Source: Nitrospirota bacterium (GTDB taxonomy: Bacteria > Nitrospirota > UBA9217). From it: a DNA stretch of 64,000 nucleotides. Shown piece after piece: positions 31,816-42,409 of the stretch. The stretch's first letter is position 1, and every line of letters begins with the position of its first letter. Location of the stretch: contig CAVVOB010000014.1 in the NCBI GenBank assembly GCA_963749655.1, forward strand, positions 1 to 64,000, read 5' to 3'. The notes beneath the pieces were generated by a model, which searched no databases, was not told the origin of the DNA, and saw only the letters and a list, made by a program, of their open reading frames with translations. A program made the position numbers and the translations under genes.

Positions 31816-32220
31816 ATGCCGACATTCCAGAAATTCGAAGATATCGGAGCATGGCAAAAAGCAAGAGAACTGACAAAAGAAGTTTATCGGATTTCCAAAC
31901 ACGGCTCCTTTCTGAAAGACTTTGGCCTTCGCGACCAGATTCATAAAGCGAGCGTTTCGGTGATGTCCAACATCGCTGAAGGATTCGAGAGGAACGGCAC
32001 CGGAGAATTCACACAATTTCTTTCTATGGCGAAAGGTTCGGCAGGCGAAGTGAAATCGCAACTTTATATAGCGCTTGACCAGAAATATATCGACAGGAAA
32101 AAATTCGATCGCTTATTCATGCTTTCCGCCGAAGTCGGCAAGATGATCGGAGGTTTGATGAGTTACCTGCGCAAGACGACTATGAAGGGGACAAAGTATA
32201 AAACAGCTCCAAGTAAATAA
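31816..32220 (+). CDS. four helix bundle protein (23S rRNA IVP / Avd-like family)
   Basis: FEDIGAWQKARELT, DFGLRDQI, SVSVMSNIAEGFER, AKGSAGEVKSQLY; AAGGAG RBS; lower GC than neighbours. Confidence 0.9.
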   Translation: MPTFQKFEDIGAWQKARELTKEVYRISKHGSFLKDFGLRDQIHKASVSVMSNIAEGFERNGTGEFTQFLSMAKGSAGEVKSQLYIALDQKYIDRKKFDRLFMLSAEVGKMIGGLMSYLRKTTMKGTKYKTAPSK

Positions 32221-32221
32221 A

Positions 32222-32275
32222 GTTTCATGTTTCTAGTTATTACAAGCTCGAAACGAGAAACTCGAGACTCGAAAC
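32222..32275. repeat. heptamer array (right arm of four-helix-bundle cassette)
   Basis: TTTCATG TTTCTAG, then CTCGAAA CGAGAAA CTCGAGA CTCGAAA (complement of TTTCGAG). Confidence 0.8.
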
Positions 32276-32302
32276 GTAGTTTTTGTCGGAGCTGAAGACG
32301 CT

Positions 32303-35300
32303 ATGGCAATAGCCAATAATCATGGTAAAGGGTTTTTAATTGTAGCCATCGGCGCATCCGCTGGCGGGCTCGAAGCGCTCCAGCACTTTCTCGACGCGCT
32401 TCCCCGGGAATTCAACTTCGCGCTGGTCTTTATCCAGCATCTTTCGTCGAAGCACAAGAGCCTGCTCCAGGAGCTTCTCTCCGCCCGGCGTCCCTCGCTC
32501 GTTATCCAGCAGATCACGGACGGCCTGAAGATCCAGCCGGGGCGGCTGTACCTCGCTCCTCCGGGCAAGGAAGTCCGTCTGCGTAACGGCCTCTTCCAGA
32601 CGACCGAACACCCCGAGGGACTCCTCCATCTGCCCATAGATGAATTTCTCGGATCCCTTGCCGAAGATGCAGGGGATCGCTCCATTGCCGTGATCTTCTC
32701 CGGCGCGGGCACGGACGGCGCCCGTGGGTGCCAGGCGGTCCGGGGCGCGGGAGGCACCGTCTATGTGCAGGACCCGCAGACCGCGGAATACAACAGCATG
32801 CCCCATGCAGCCATCGCAACCGGCCAGGCCGATGCCGTGCTCCCTCCTGAAGGCATTGTCGCCGAGCTCCTGAGGCTCCAGGGCATCGGCCAGGCGACCG
32901 TCGTCGAGTATCCCAACTCGCAGGAGGAATTTACCGACTTCTTCCGGGTCCTCCAGGAGAAGACCGGTTCACGCTTCAACCATTACAAGAAAAGCGTGGT
33001 CAGCCGCAGGATCAGCAGGCGCATGTACCTGCACGGGCTTTCCACGGTCAGAGAGTATTTGGACCTCGTCTCGTCCGGCGATTCCGAGGCCGCGCTGCTC
33101 GCATCGGACCTCATGATCGGCGTCACGTCGTTCTTCCGCGACCGGGTGGCATGGAAGGCGCTGAACATGGAGGCGGTCCGGAAGATCACTGCCGAAAACA
33201 GCACCCTCCCCGTTCGCGTCTGGACCCCTGCGAGCGCCACCGGCGAGGAGGCCTATTCCATCGCCATGATGCTGCTGCACGAGCTCGCTCTCGCCGGGAA
33301 AAAACGGGATGTCCAGGTCTTTGCCACGGACGTGAACGACCGCGCGCTGGAGCGGGCGCGCGCAGGGCAGGTATCCGGCGAGCATCACTGCGGATGTGCC
33401 GCAGGAGTACATCGAAAAGTATTTTACTGCGACCGATGACGGCAACGTTCTGGTCATCAATAAGGAGGTCCGGGAAAGCGTCGTCTTCGCCAGACAGGAC
33501 CTTTTGACCGATCCGCCCTTCTCAAAGCTCGACCTCATCATCTGCCGGAACTTCCTCATCTATCTGGAGCCCGAGGCCCAGGAAAAATGCATCAGGCTCT
33601 TCCATTACGCGCTGAACCCCGGGGGGTACCTCTTTCTCGGGAACGCCGAGACCGTGGGCAGAAGAAGCTTGCTCTTCAAGAGCATCGGCCACAAACAATG
33701 CCGGATCTACCAGAAGCTGGAAGCAAAGCCGACATCCCGGATCCCCCTGTCGGTCCCCTACGCGGCCGAACGGCAGGCGCCGCCGGCACGGCAGGCAGTC
33801 ATGACCGAACAGACCCGCTCCACCATCGAGATCATCCAGGAAAAGTTGCTCGAAGAATACGGTCCCGCTTCCGTGGCCGTGGACCAGAACCTGGAGATCA
33901 TCTATCACAACGGCGCCACGAACCGCTATCTCCGCCAGCCCCGCGGCGTGCCCACGCAGAACCTGCTGGAGCTTCTGCCGGAGAACCTCCGAAGCAGGAT
34001 GCGCGGCGCCCTGTACCGGTCCGGCCGCGAAGAGCGGCCCGTGGTAATAAGAACGACCGTGGCCGGAGACGACAACCGGAAAAGACAGGTGACGCTCCGG
34101 ATCACCCGGGTCGCCGAGAACCTGTCCATCGTCGTCTTTCTGGAAAAAACGGCGATCTCGAAAAAAGAAGCGGTCGAGCAGATCGATGCCTCGGTCATCG
34201 AGGAGACGGCGATCCATCAGCTCGAAAGCGAGCTCTCCGCCACCCGCGCGGACCTTCAGACCCATATCGAACAGCTGAAGAGCATGAACGAGGAGTTCCA
34301 GTCCTCGAACGAGGAATTGCAGGCCGCGAACGAAGAGCTCGAGACCTCCCGCGAGGAGCTCCAGTCCCTGAATGAAGAGCTGCTCACCGTGAACTCCCAG
34401 CTCCAGGGAAAGATCGAGGAGCAGGATGCCACGAACAACGACCTGAACAATTTCCTGGCGAGCACGAACATTCCAACGATCTTTCTGGACACGCAGTTCA
34501 AGGTCAAGCGCTTCACCCCTGCCATGCTCAGGCTCATCAAGCTCCTCCCCTCCGACGTGGGCAGGCCCATCGTCGACATGTCCCAGGAAAACCTCGGCCC
34601 GGACCTTATTCCCGAGGCGCAGGCTGTCCTGGCCAGCCTCGTGCCGGTGCGGAGGGAGATCGAGGACAACGGCGCCTGGTACATCCGCACCACGCTCCCC
34701 TACCGGACCTCGGACAGCCGCATCGAGGGCGTGGTAGTCACCTATACGGACATTACGGAGCGCAAGCGGGACGAAGAGATCAAGAGCCACCTGTCGGCCA
34801 TTATCGAGAACGCCGACGAAGCCATCATCAGCAAGGACCTGGACGGCATGGTCCGGACCTGGAATGCCGGAGCGGAGAAGATCTTCGGGTATTCGGCCCA
34901 GGACGCGATCGGCAGGAACATCTCCTTCCTCGTACCCCCCGGGCACGTGGACGAGGTCCCCGATATCCTCAAGAAGATCGCGCAGGGCGAGCACATCGAA
35001 CACTTCGAGACCGTGCGCATGCGGAAAGACGGAACGATCGTCCCCGTCTCGCTCACCTTCTCCCCGATACGGGACGCAAACGGCAGGGTCACCGGCGCCT
35101 CGAAGATCAGTCACGATATCAGCGCAAGGCTGAAGGCTGAAGAGCGGATAAAACATCTCGCCTCCTTCCCGCAGCTGAACCCGAACCCCGTCTGCGAGGT
35201 CGACCCCCAGGGCAACGTCATCTTCTGCAACCCTGCGACGCTGAAGATCCTGAAGGACCTGGGAAAGGGGGAAGGAGACGTCGCTCTGTTTCTGCCGGCC

Positions 35301-36986
35301 GACATTAACGAAATTCTCACGGGCCTGGACAAGAAGAAGGAAGCGCTATTTCACCGCGAAATCACGATCAAAGACCGGTTCTTCGGCGAGACCGTGCATC
35401 TCGCCCCCCAATTCAACGTCGCCCGCATTTATGCCTACGACATCACCAAGCGCAAACGGGCCGAGGAAGAGCTCCAAAAAAGCGAGGAGTTGTTCCGCCT
35501 GGCAATGGACAATATGCCCGATGCCATCGCCATCTACGACGCGGAACGACGGTACGAGTTCGTGAATGCAGCGGGCCTTCGGCGCGTGGGGAAGCCGCTC
35601 GAAGCGCTGGTCGGGCGCAGGATCGACGACATATACGACGAGGAAGCGCGGAGCGCCTTCTGGCCTGCACTCATGCGCACCTATGAAACAGGCGTTCCGC
35701 AAACTGTCGAGACCGCGCTCATCCTGCCCACCGGGCAGTATGATCTTATCATCACCTTTGTTCCCATGCCGAAGGACGGGAAGGTGCACCGAGTATTAAA
35801 CTTTACCTTCGATATCACCGAGCGCAAACGGGCGGAAGAGGAAACCCGGAGACTGCTGCATGTGGTTCAGGAGGAAAAAGACAGGCTGTCGGCGCTTATC
35901 AACAGCATTAGCGACGAGATCTGGTTTGCCGACGCAGAGAGTAAATTCACGCTGGCGAATCCTCCGGCTTTGCGGGAGTTCGGCATCGGCGCCGGCGACA
36001 CGATAGATGTGGAAAAACTCGCCGCAAACCTGGAAGTGTACCGCCAAGATGGCAGCCCTCGCCCTGTCGAGGAAGCGCCGCCCCTGCGCGCCCTTCAGGG
36101 AGAGGTAGTTACAAACCAGGAAGAAATCATCCGTACTCCCGGCACCGGGGAGTTGCGGCATCGCCAGGTCAGTTCAGCCCCGGTTCGGGATGCCGGCGGC
36201 AAAATAATCGGGTCGGTATCCGTTGTCCATGACATCACCGAGCGAAAAATACACGAACAGGAAATCCTGAAGCTCTCCGAGGACTTGGCGGCCCGGAACG
36301 CGGAACTTGAGGCACTCAACAAGGAACTCGAAGCCTTCAACTATTCCATTTCACACGACCTGCGCGCTCCGCTACGGAGCATGTCGGGATTTATCAAGAT
36401 CATCCTGGAGGACTATGCTGAAAAACTGGATGACCAGGGCAAGGACTATCTAACCCGCATCCGAAAGGGCTCCGAAAAGCTGGAGCGCCTCATCGACGAC
36501 CTGCTGCGGTTGTCGAAGGTCTCGCGACAGGCGATCGACCGAATGGATTATGATCTGACAAAGCTGGCCGAATCGATCATCAGCAACCTGCGCGAATCAT
36601 CGGCAGGAAGAAACGTGGAGGTGGTCATCCGGGCGGGGGCCAGAGCTTCGGTGGACCCGAATCTCATGAGGGTAGCCATGACAAACCTTCTCGACAACGC
36701 GTGGAAATTCACCGAAAAGACGGAAAACGCGCGAGTGGAATTCGGGGCCTTTGACAGGGACGGGGAGGCCGTTTATTTTGTCCGCGATAACGGCGCCGGA
36801 TTCGACCAGCAGTATGCCTATAAGATGTTCTGGCCGTTCCACCGGCTGCACAGCGACGCGGAATTCTCCGGCACCGGCATCGGCCTCGCCATCACGGATC
36901 GCATCATCCGCCGCCACGGAGGGAAGATCTGGGCAGAGGCGGAGATCGACAAAGGGGCAACGTTCTACTTTACGTTATCATCGTAG
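32303..36986 (+). CDS. CheB-CheR-PAS histidine kinase fusion (one frameshift near 33365)
   Basis: CheB GASAGG/QHL/SGAGTDG; CheR IGVTSFFRD, TGEEAYS, DLIICRNFLIY; coiled coil EELQS; several PAS; SISHDLRAPLR, HATPase. Confidence 0.88.
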
Positions 36987-37005
36987 CCGCGGACTTCAGT
37001 CCGCG
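36983..37005 (+). repeat. GTAG-type REP palindrome
   Basis: GTAGCCGCGGACTTCAGTCCGCG; its TAG is the kinase stop codon; variant of the REPs at 41262 and 41835. Confidence 0.8.
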
Positions 37006-37061
37006 TTTGGTTGGGAGCTATTTATGCGCAGGCCAAGACAGCAACTCATCGGAGAGAAAGC

Positions 37062-38099
37062 ATGATGTCTGAGGTTAAAGCACCTGACAGGATATTCAAT
37101 GTCATGGCAAGCCCGGCTGGTATCCTGTTCGTGCTCGTGGCCCTCGGAACATTCGTGGCGTGCTCACGGACGGAGCAGAAGCCCGGCGCTGCACCGGAAA
37201 AGATCACGATCGCCTATGCCGCATCGCCGGATTCCGCTCTTACCCAGGCCGCGCAGGCATTGGGTTATTATTCCGAGGAGGGGCTGGAAGCCGTTCCGCA
37301 GATTTATCCTTACGGGAAAATGGCACTCCGGGCGGTCCTCGAGGGCAAGGCGGATTTCGCCACTGCAGCGGAAACGCCGATCATGTTTGCGATCATGCGG
37401 GGCGAGAAGATAGTCATCCTTGCCACAATCGCCACGTCGCGGAAAAACAACGCTATCATAGCGAGAAAAGACAAAGGAATCCGGGTTCCCGGCGACCTGA
37501 AGGGCAAAAGAATAGCCGCGACCTTCGGTACCATCAGCGAGTTCTTCATGGATGCCTTTCTCGTGACGCATGGGATTTCCCGGAAGAATATGAAGGTGGT
37601 CAACCTGGACCCCGAGCAGGAGATGGAGGCTCTTGTACGGGGCGACGTTGACGCCATCTCCGCGTTTACGCCCTTCACGATCGAGGTCCAGCGCCGAATG
37701 GGCGATGCAGTGGTCACGTTTCATGACGAAGAGATCTACCAGCAGACCTTCAATGTCGTGGCGACACAGGAATTCGTCCGCGCAAACCCGGAGAAAGTGC
37801 GAAAATTGCTCATGGCCCTCGTAAAAGCCCAAGAATACGTCAAAGCACGACCGGAGGAGGCAAAAAGAATGGTCGCCGAATTCAGCGGGATAGACGAGAC
37901 GATCGTCGACGGCGTGTGGGCCGATGAGATTTTTGACGTGACGCTCGATCAGTCCCTGCTGCTGGCGATGGAAGACGAATCGCAATGGGCCATAAAAAAC
38001 AGGCTCGTCAGTCAAACCAGAATGCCCAATTATCTCGGCTTTATCTACCTCGACGGGCTGGAATCGGTGAAGCCGAAAGCAGTGAGGATCCTGCGTTAA
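37062..38099 (+). CDS. NMT1/SsuA/NrtA-like periplasmic substrate-binding lipoprotein
   Basis: lipobox-like VAC; ITIAY, GYYSEEGL, DLKGKRIA, GDVDA motifs. Confidence 0.8.
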   Translation: MMSEVKAPDRIFNVMASPAGILFVLVALGTFVACSRTEQKPGAAPEKITIAYAASPDSALTQAAQALGYYSEEGLEAVPQIYPYGKMALRAVLEGKADFATAAETPIMFAIMRGEKIVILATIATSRKNNAIIARKDKGIRVPGDLKGKRIAATFGTISEFFMDAFLVTHGISRKNMKVVNLDPEQEMEALVRGDVDAISAFTPFTIEVQRRMGDAVVTFHDEEIYQQTFNVVATQEFVRANPEKVRKLLMALVKAQEYVKARPEEAKRMVAEFSGIDETIVDGVWADEIFDVTLDQSLLLAMEDESQWAIKNRLVSQTRMPNYLGFIYLDGLESVKPKAVRILR

Positions 38100-38109
38100 C
38101 AGGGGAAAT

Positions 38110-41100
38110 ATGAATATCAGGAAAAGACTGCAAATCAACGTCGCCACGTCCGCCATGGCGGCTGGCATTATTCTGGCCGTGCTCGTGACCGCGGCGTACC
38201 GCGTGTTCAATGCTGCGGAAGCGTCGCATATCGCCAACGATCTGGTGAGCAATGTATACCAGCGAAGCGAGTTCAGAAGCGACTATATGCAGTCGACGAA
38301 CGAAAGGACACGCATCCAATGGTTCGCCACGCACGAGCGGATCGACAGGCTCCTCGCGCTTGCTGCTGAAAAATTCACGAATTCCGAAGACAAGGCCGTC
38401 CTCGAGAAAATGGCGGAAGACCAGGAGTCGATCAGGAACCTGTTCGCAAAAATCGTGGCAAACCGAGAGGGCCCGCTTTCCGACGCCCTGATCTCGCACG
38501 AGATAGAAGACCGGCTGACCAGCCAGCTGACCATGAGAAGACAGAGTGCGATCCTGAATTCGCGCATATTGCAGGAAGCGGCGGCCGGCCGGCTGTTTCA
38601 GTCCCTCAGGACGGTCGGTTGGAGCATCCTTCTCACCGTTCTCATAATAGCAGGTGTGATCACGGTCAATTCGTGGATCATGGGCCGGGTTTTTACCGAC
38701 CGCATCGCCAGACTCCGGAACGGCGCCTCGATCATCGGTGACGGCAACCTTGACCATCGCATCGACATCAAAGGCGACGACGAGTTTGCCGAGCTTTCCC
38801 GGGCTTTCAACGCGATGACCGATAAACTGCGGAGCTCCTATGCGTCTCTGGAACAGGAGATCAACGAGCGGACCCGGGCGGAACATGCCCTGCGGGAAAA
38901 CGAGGCGCGGCTGCAATTCTCACTCGAAACCAGCCACATCGGCGCATGGGACCTTGATCTGGTCGATCACTCCGCCTTTCGCTCGCCGGAGCACGACCGT
39001 ATTTTCGGCTACCCGCACCTGCTCCCGCAATGGACATTCGATATGTTCCTGGAACATATACTGCCCGAAGACCGCCCCGCGGTCGCGGCCCAGTTCCAGG
39101 AGGCCGTCGCCACGCAGGGGGACTGGAGCATCGAGTGCCGCATCCGCCGTGTCGACGGTGAGGTCCGGTGGATCTGGGCAGCCGGCCGCCATCGACCCGA
39201 TGAAACAGGGCGGGTACGCAGAATGGCGGGGATCGTCCAGGACATCACTGAACGCAAAAGAGTCGAAGAACTGCGCCAGTCCAGCGCCTATCACCGGAGC
39301 CTCCTGGAGGCAAGCCTCGACCCGCTGGTGACCATCGATGCAAACGGCAAGATCACCGACGTGAACGCCGCCACGGAAAAGGTGACCGGACGAAAACGCG
39401 ATGAGCTGATCGGTACCGATTTCTCCGACTATTTCACCGAGCCGGAAAGGGCGCGCACCGGATACCAGCAGGTCTTCCGGGAAGGTTCGGTCATGGATTA
39501 CGCGCTCGAGATCAGGCATCGCGATGGAAGCGTCACGCCGGTCCTTTACAATGCCTCGGTGTACCGTGACGAAGCAGGAGATGTCGTCGGAGTATTTGCG
39601 GCAGCCCGCGACATCACCGAACGAAAGAAGGCGGAGGAGATCGCTCGACTCGACGAGGCGCGCACTGACAGTATCTTAAGGATTTCGCAATATTCCGCGG
39701 ATTCGTTACGCATGCTGCTGGATTTCGCTCTTGAGGAGGCGATTGCTTTTTCCGGCAGTAAATTCGGCTATCTCTATTTCTACTATGAAGACACACAGGA
39801 TTTTGTCCTTCACGCCTGGTCAAAGGATGTCATGTCCGAGTGCACGATCGCCGACCCGCAGACGAATTACAAGCTGGACAAGACTGGCATCTGGGGCGAA
39901 GTCGTCAGGCAGCGCAAGCCGATCATCGTTAATGATTTTTCAGCTCCCCATCCCCTAAAAAAAGGTTATCCGGAAGGCCACGCTCATCTTACCCGCTTCT
40001 TCAGCGTTCCCGTTTTCAGCGAAGGCCGCATCGTTGCCGTCACCGGCTTTGCCAACAGGTCAGTTGATTACAACGACCGGGATGTCAGCCAAATGACCCT
40101 TTTGATGGATTCGGTCTGGAAAATCGTTGGGCGCAAAAAAGCGGAAGAACAATTGAAGCTCGCGAACGCTTACAACCGGAGCCTGCTGGAAGCAAGTCTG
40201 GATCCCCTCGTGACCATCGACGCAGGCGGCAAGATAACCGACGTGAACATTGCGACGGAAAAAGTGACGGGCCGCTCCCGCGCCGAACTGATCGGCACAG
40301 ATTTTTCCGATTACTTTGTGGAACCATCGAAGGCCAAGGCCGGGTATCAGCAGGTCTTCGAAGAAGGTTTTGTGATGGATTATGCGCTCGAGATCAGGAA
40401 CCAGGACGGTCACATTACGCCGGTCTTGTATAATGCCGCGGTGTACAGCAACGATGCCGGAAACATCATCGGCGTCTTTGCCGCGGCCCGCGACGTGACC
40501 GAGCGGAAAAAAGCGGAAGAGGAAATCAGAAAATTGAACACCGAGCTCGAGGCGCGCGTCGTCGAACGCACTGCCCAGCTCGAGACCTCGAACCGGGAGC
40601 TGGAGGCTTTCGCCTATTCCGTGTCGCACGACCTGCGCTCCCCGCTTCGCAGCATCGAGGGCTTCAGCCTTGCTCTTCTCGAGGACTACTCAGGCGGCCT
40701 CGATGACCAGGGAAAAGACTACCTGAACCGCGTCCGGAACGCGACGATACGGATGGGGCACCTCATCGACGATCTGCTGAAGCTTTCCCGCGTCACGCGC
40801 AGCGAAATGAGCCGGGAAGCGGTCGACCTGAGCTCCATCGTCCGTGCAATAGCCGACAACCTCGCGAAACAGGCTCCGGAGCGCCCGGCGCGGTTCATTA
40901 TTGCCGACGGGCTTTCCGCAAACGGCGACCCGCGCCTCCTGACCGTGATGCTCGAAAACCTGATCTCCAACGCGTGGAAATTTAGTGAAAAATCCGCCCC
41001 GAGTGTGATAAAATTCAGCACCGTCGACAAAAACGGGACCCGCGCCTTCTTCGTGCAGGACAACGGCGTCGGGTTTCGAAATGGCCTATGCGGACAAACT

Positions 41101-41255
41101 GTTCAGCCCCTTTCAGCGGCTGCACAGAATCTGAGGATTTTCCCGGCACCGGCATCGGCCTGGCCACGGTCAAACGCATCGTCAACCGCCACGGGGGGCA
41201 GGTCTGGATCGAAGGAGAGGTCGGGAAAGGGACGGTGGTGTATTTTACGCTGTAA
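38110..41255 (+). CDS. HAMP-PAS-GAF sensor histidine kinase (frameshift near 41075)
   Basis: two TMs, HAMP ([14 protein letters not shown]), PAS x3, [14 protein letters not shown]; C-terminus resumes as ...GTGIGL...VYFTL-stop in another frame. Confidence 0.88.
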
Positions 41256-41261
41256 GCTTTG

Positions 41262-41284
41262 GTAGCCGCAGGCTTCAGCCTGCG
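41262..41284 (+). repeat. GTAG-type REP palindrome (left of RAYT)
   Basis: GTAGCCGCAGGCTTCAGCCTGCG. Confidence 0.88.
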
Positions 41285-41323
41285 CGGATTGAAAGCTTTT
41301 GTCTATTTGAGCGCCGGGAACTG

Positions 41324-41806
41324 ATGGTAATCAGAGAAAAAAAGCATAGACTCCCCTCGGAGTATTATCGGGGTGAATCTTCAGTTGCCTATACTTTATG
41401 CTTCAAGGAACGCAAAGAGGTATTCATTCATCGAGAAATAATAGATATATTTACCGATCATCTTCATGCTGTTGTCCGAAACTCTGATTGCATTATTCCG
41501 GTCTATTGCTTTATGCCTGATCACCAGCATATCATAGTCAACCGGGACAAAGGATCAAGCCGACACATGGAAGACCATAGTGCGGTATAAACAAAAAACC
41601 GGTTACTGGATGAGCAAAAACCTGCCTGATCGAGAATGGCAGAAAGACTTTTATGACCATGTTATTAAAAAGAAAGACGACCTGGCACGCCAGGTGAGAT
41701 ACGTACCCGATAATCCCGTCAGAAAAGGATTGGTAGACTCATGGTTCGACTATCCAAGGGCTCAATCGGGTGTGATTTAACGGTTATTCTTGAGGGTTTG
41801 CATTGA
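41324..41806 (+). mobile_element. REP-associated tyrosine (Y1/HUH) transposase, RAYT type, frameshifted
   Basis: HRLP..YYRG, YTLC, CFMPDHQH (HUH), WQKDFYDHVI, RYVPDNPVRKGLV; AT-rich; flanked by inverted GTAG REPs. Confidence 0.85.
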
Positions 41807-41834
41807 TCATGTCTCTCGTCGGACCAAATATGAA

Positions 41835-41857
41835 CGCAGGCTGAAGCCTGCGGCTAC
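41835..41857 (-). repeat. GTAG-type REP palindrome (right of RAYT)
   Basis: CGCAGGCTGAAGCCTGCGGCTAC, exact reverse complement of 41262-41284. Confidence 0.88.
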
Positions 41858-41875
41858 AAAATACACGGAGGCACC

Positions 41876-42308
41876 ATGAAATCGAAAATCATTCTTTTCG
41901 TCGAAGACAATCCCGATGACGTGCAGCTCACGCTCCGGGCGCTCAAGAAGAGCAAGATCATGAACGAGGTCGTCGTGGCGCAGGACGGCGTCGAGGCCCT
42001 GGACTACCTGTTCGGCACGGGCAAATACGCGGGCCGCGACACAGAAGATGAAACCCCAGGTGGTGCTGCTGGACCTCAAGATGCCGAAAATGGACGGGCT
42101 CGAAGTGCTCCAGCGCATACGGAAGGACGAGCGGACGAGGCTCCTGCCCGTCGTGGTACTGACGACCTCGAGCGAGGACCGGGACCGGGTCGAGAGCTAC
42201 AAGCTCGGCGCGAACAGCTACGTCCGCAAGCCCGTGGACTTCAACCAGTTCGTCGACGCCGTACACCAGCTGGGCCTGTACTGGCTGGTGTTGAACGAAA
42301 CGCCGTGA
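41876..42308 (+). CDS. single-domain response regulator (Rcp1-like; frameshift near 42045)
   Basis: [39 protein letters not shown]. Confidence 0.88.
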
Positions 42309-42315
42309 TGGAACC

Positions 42316-42405
42316 AGTTTCGAGTATAAGAAGTCTTGAGTTTCGCGTTGGAACCAAGAAACGAGAGCCGTAAACTCGAAACTATGAACTCGAAATCCGA
42401 AACTC
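42316..42405. repeat. inverted TTTCGAG/CTCGAAA heptamer-array hairpin without ORF
   Basis: TTTCGAG...TCTTGAG TTTCGCG ... CTCGAAA CTATGAA CTCGAAA TCCGAAA. Confidence 0.8.
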
Positions 42406-42409
42406 ATTT

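Noticed and set aside
31446-32275. CRISPR array or diversity-generating retroelement
   Set aside because: Repeats are 7-nt tandem units with no unique spacers, and no cas genes are present. No reverse transcriptase or TR/VR pair is seen despite the Avd-like fold.
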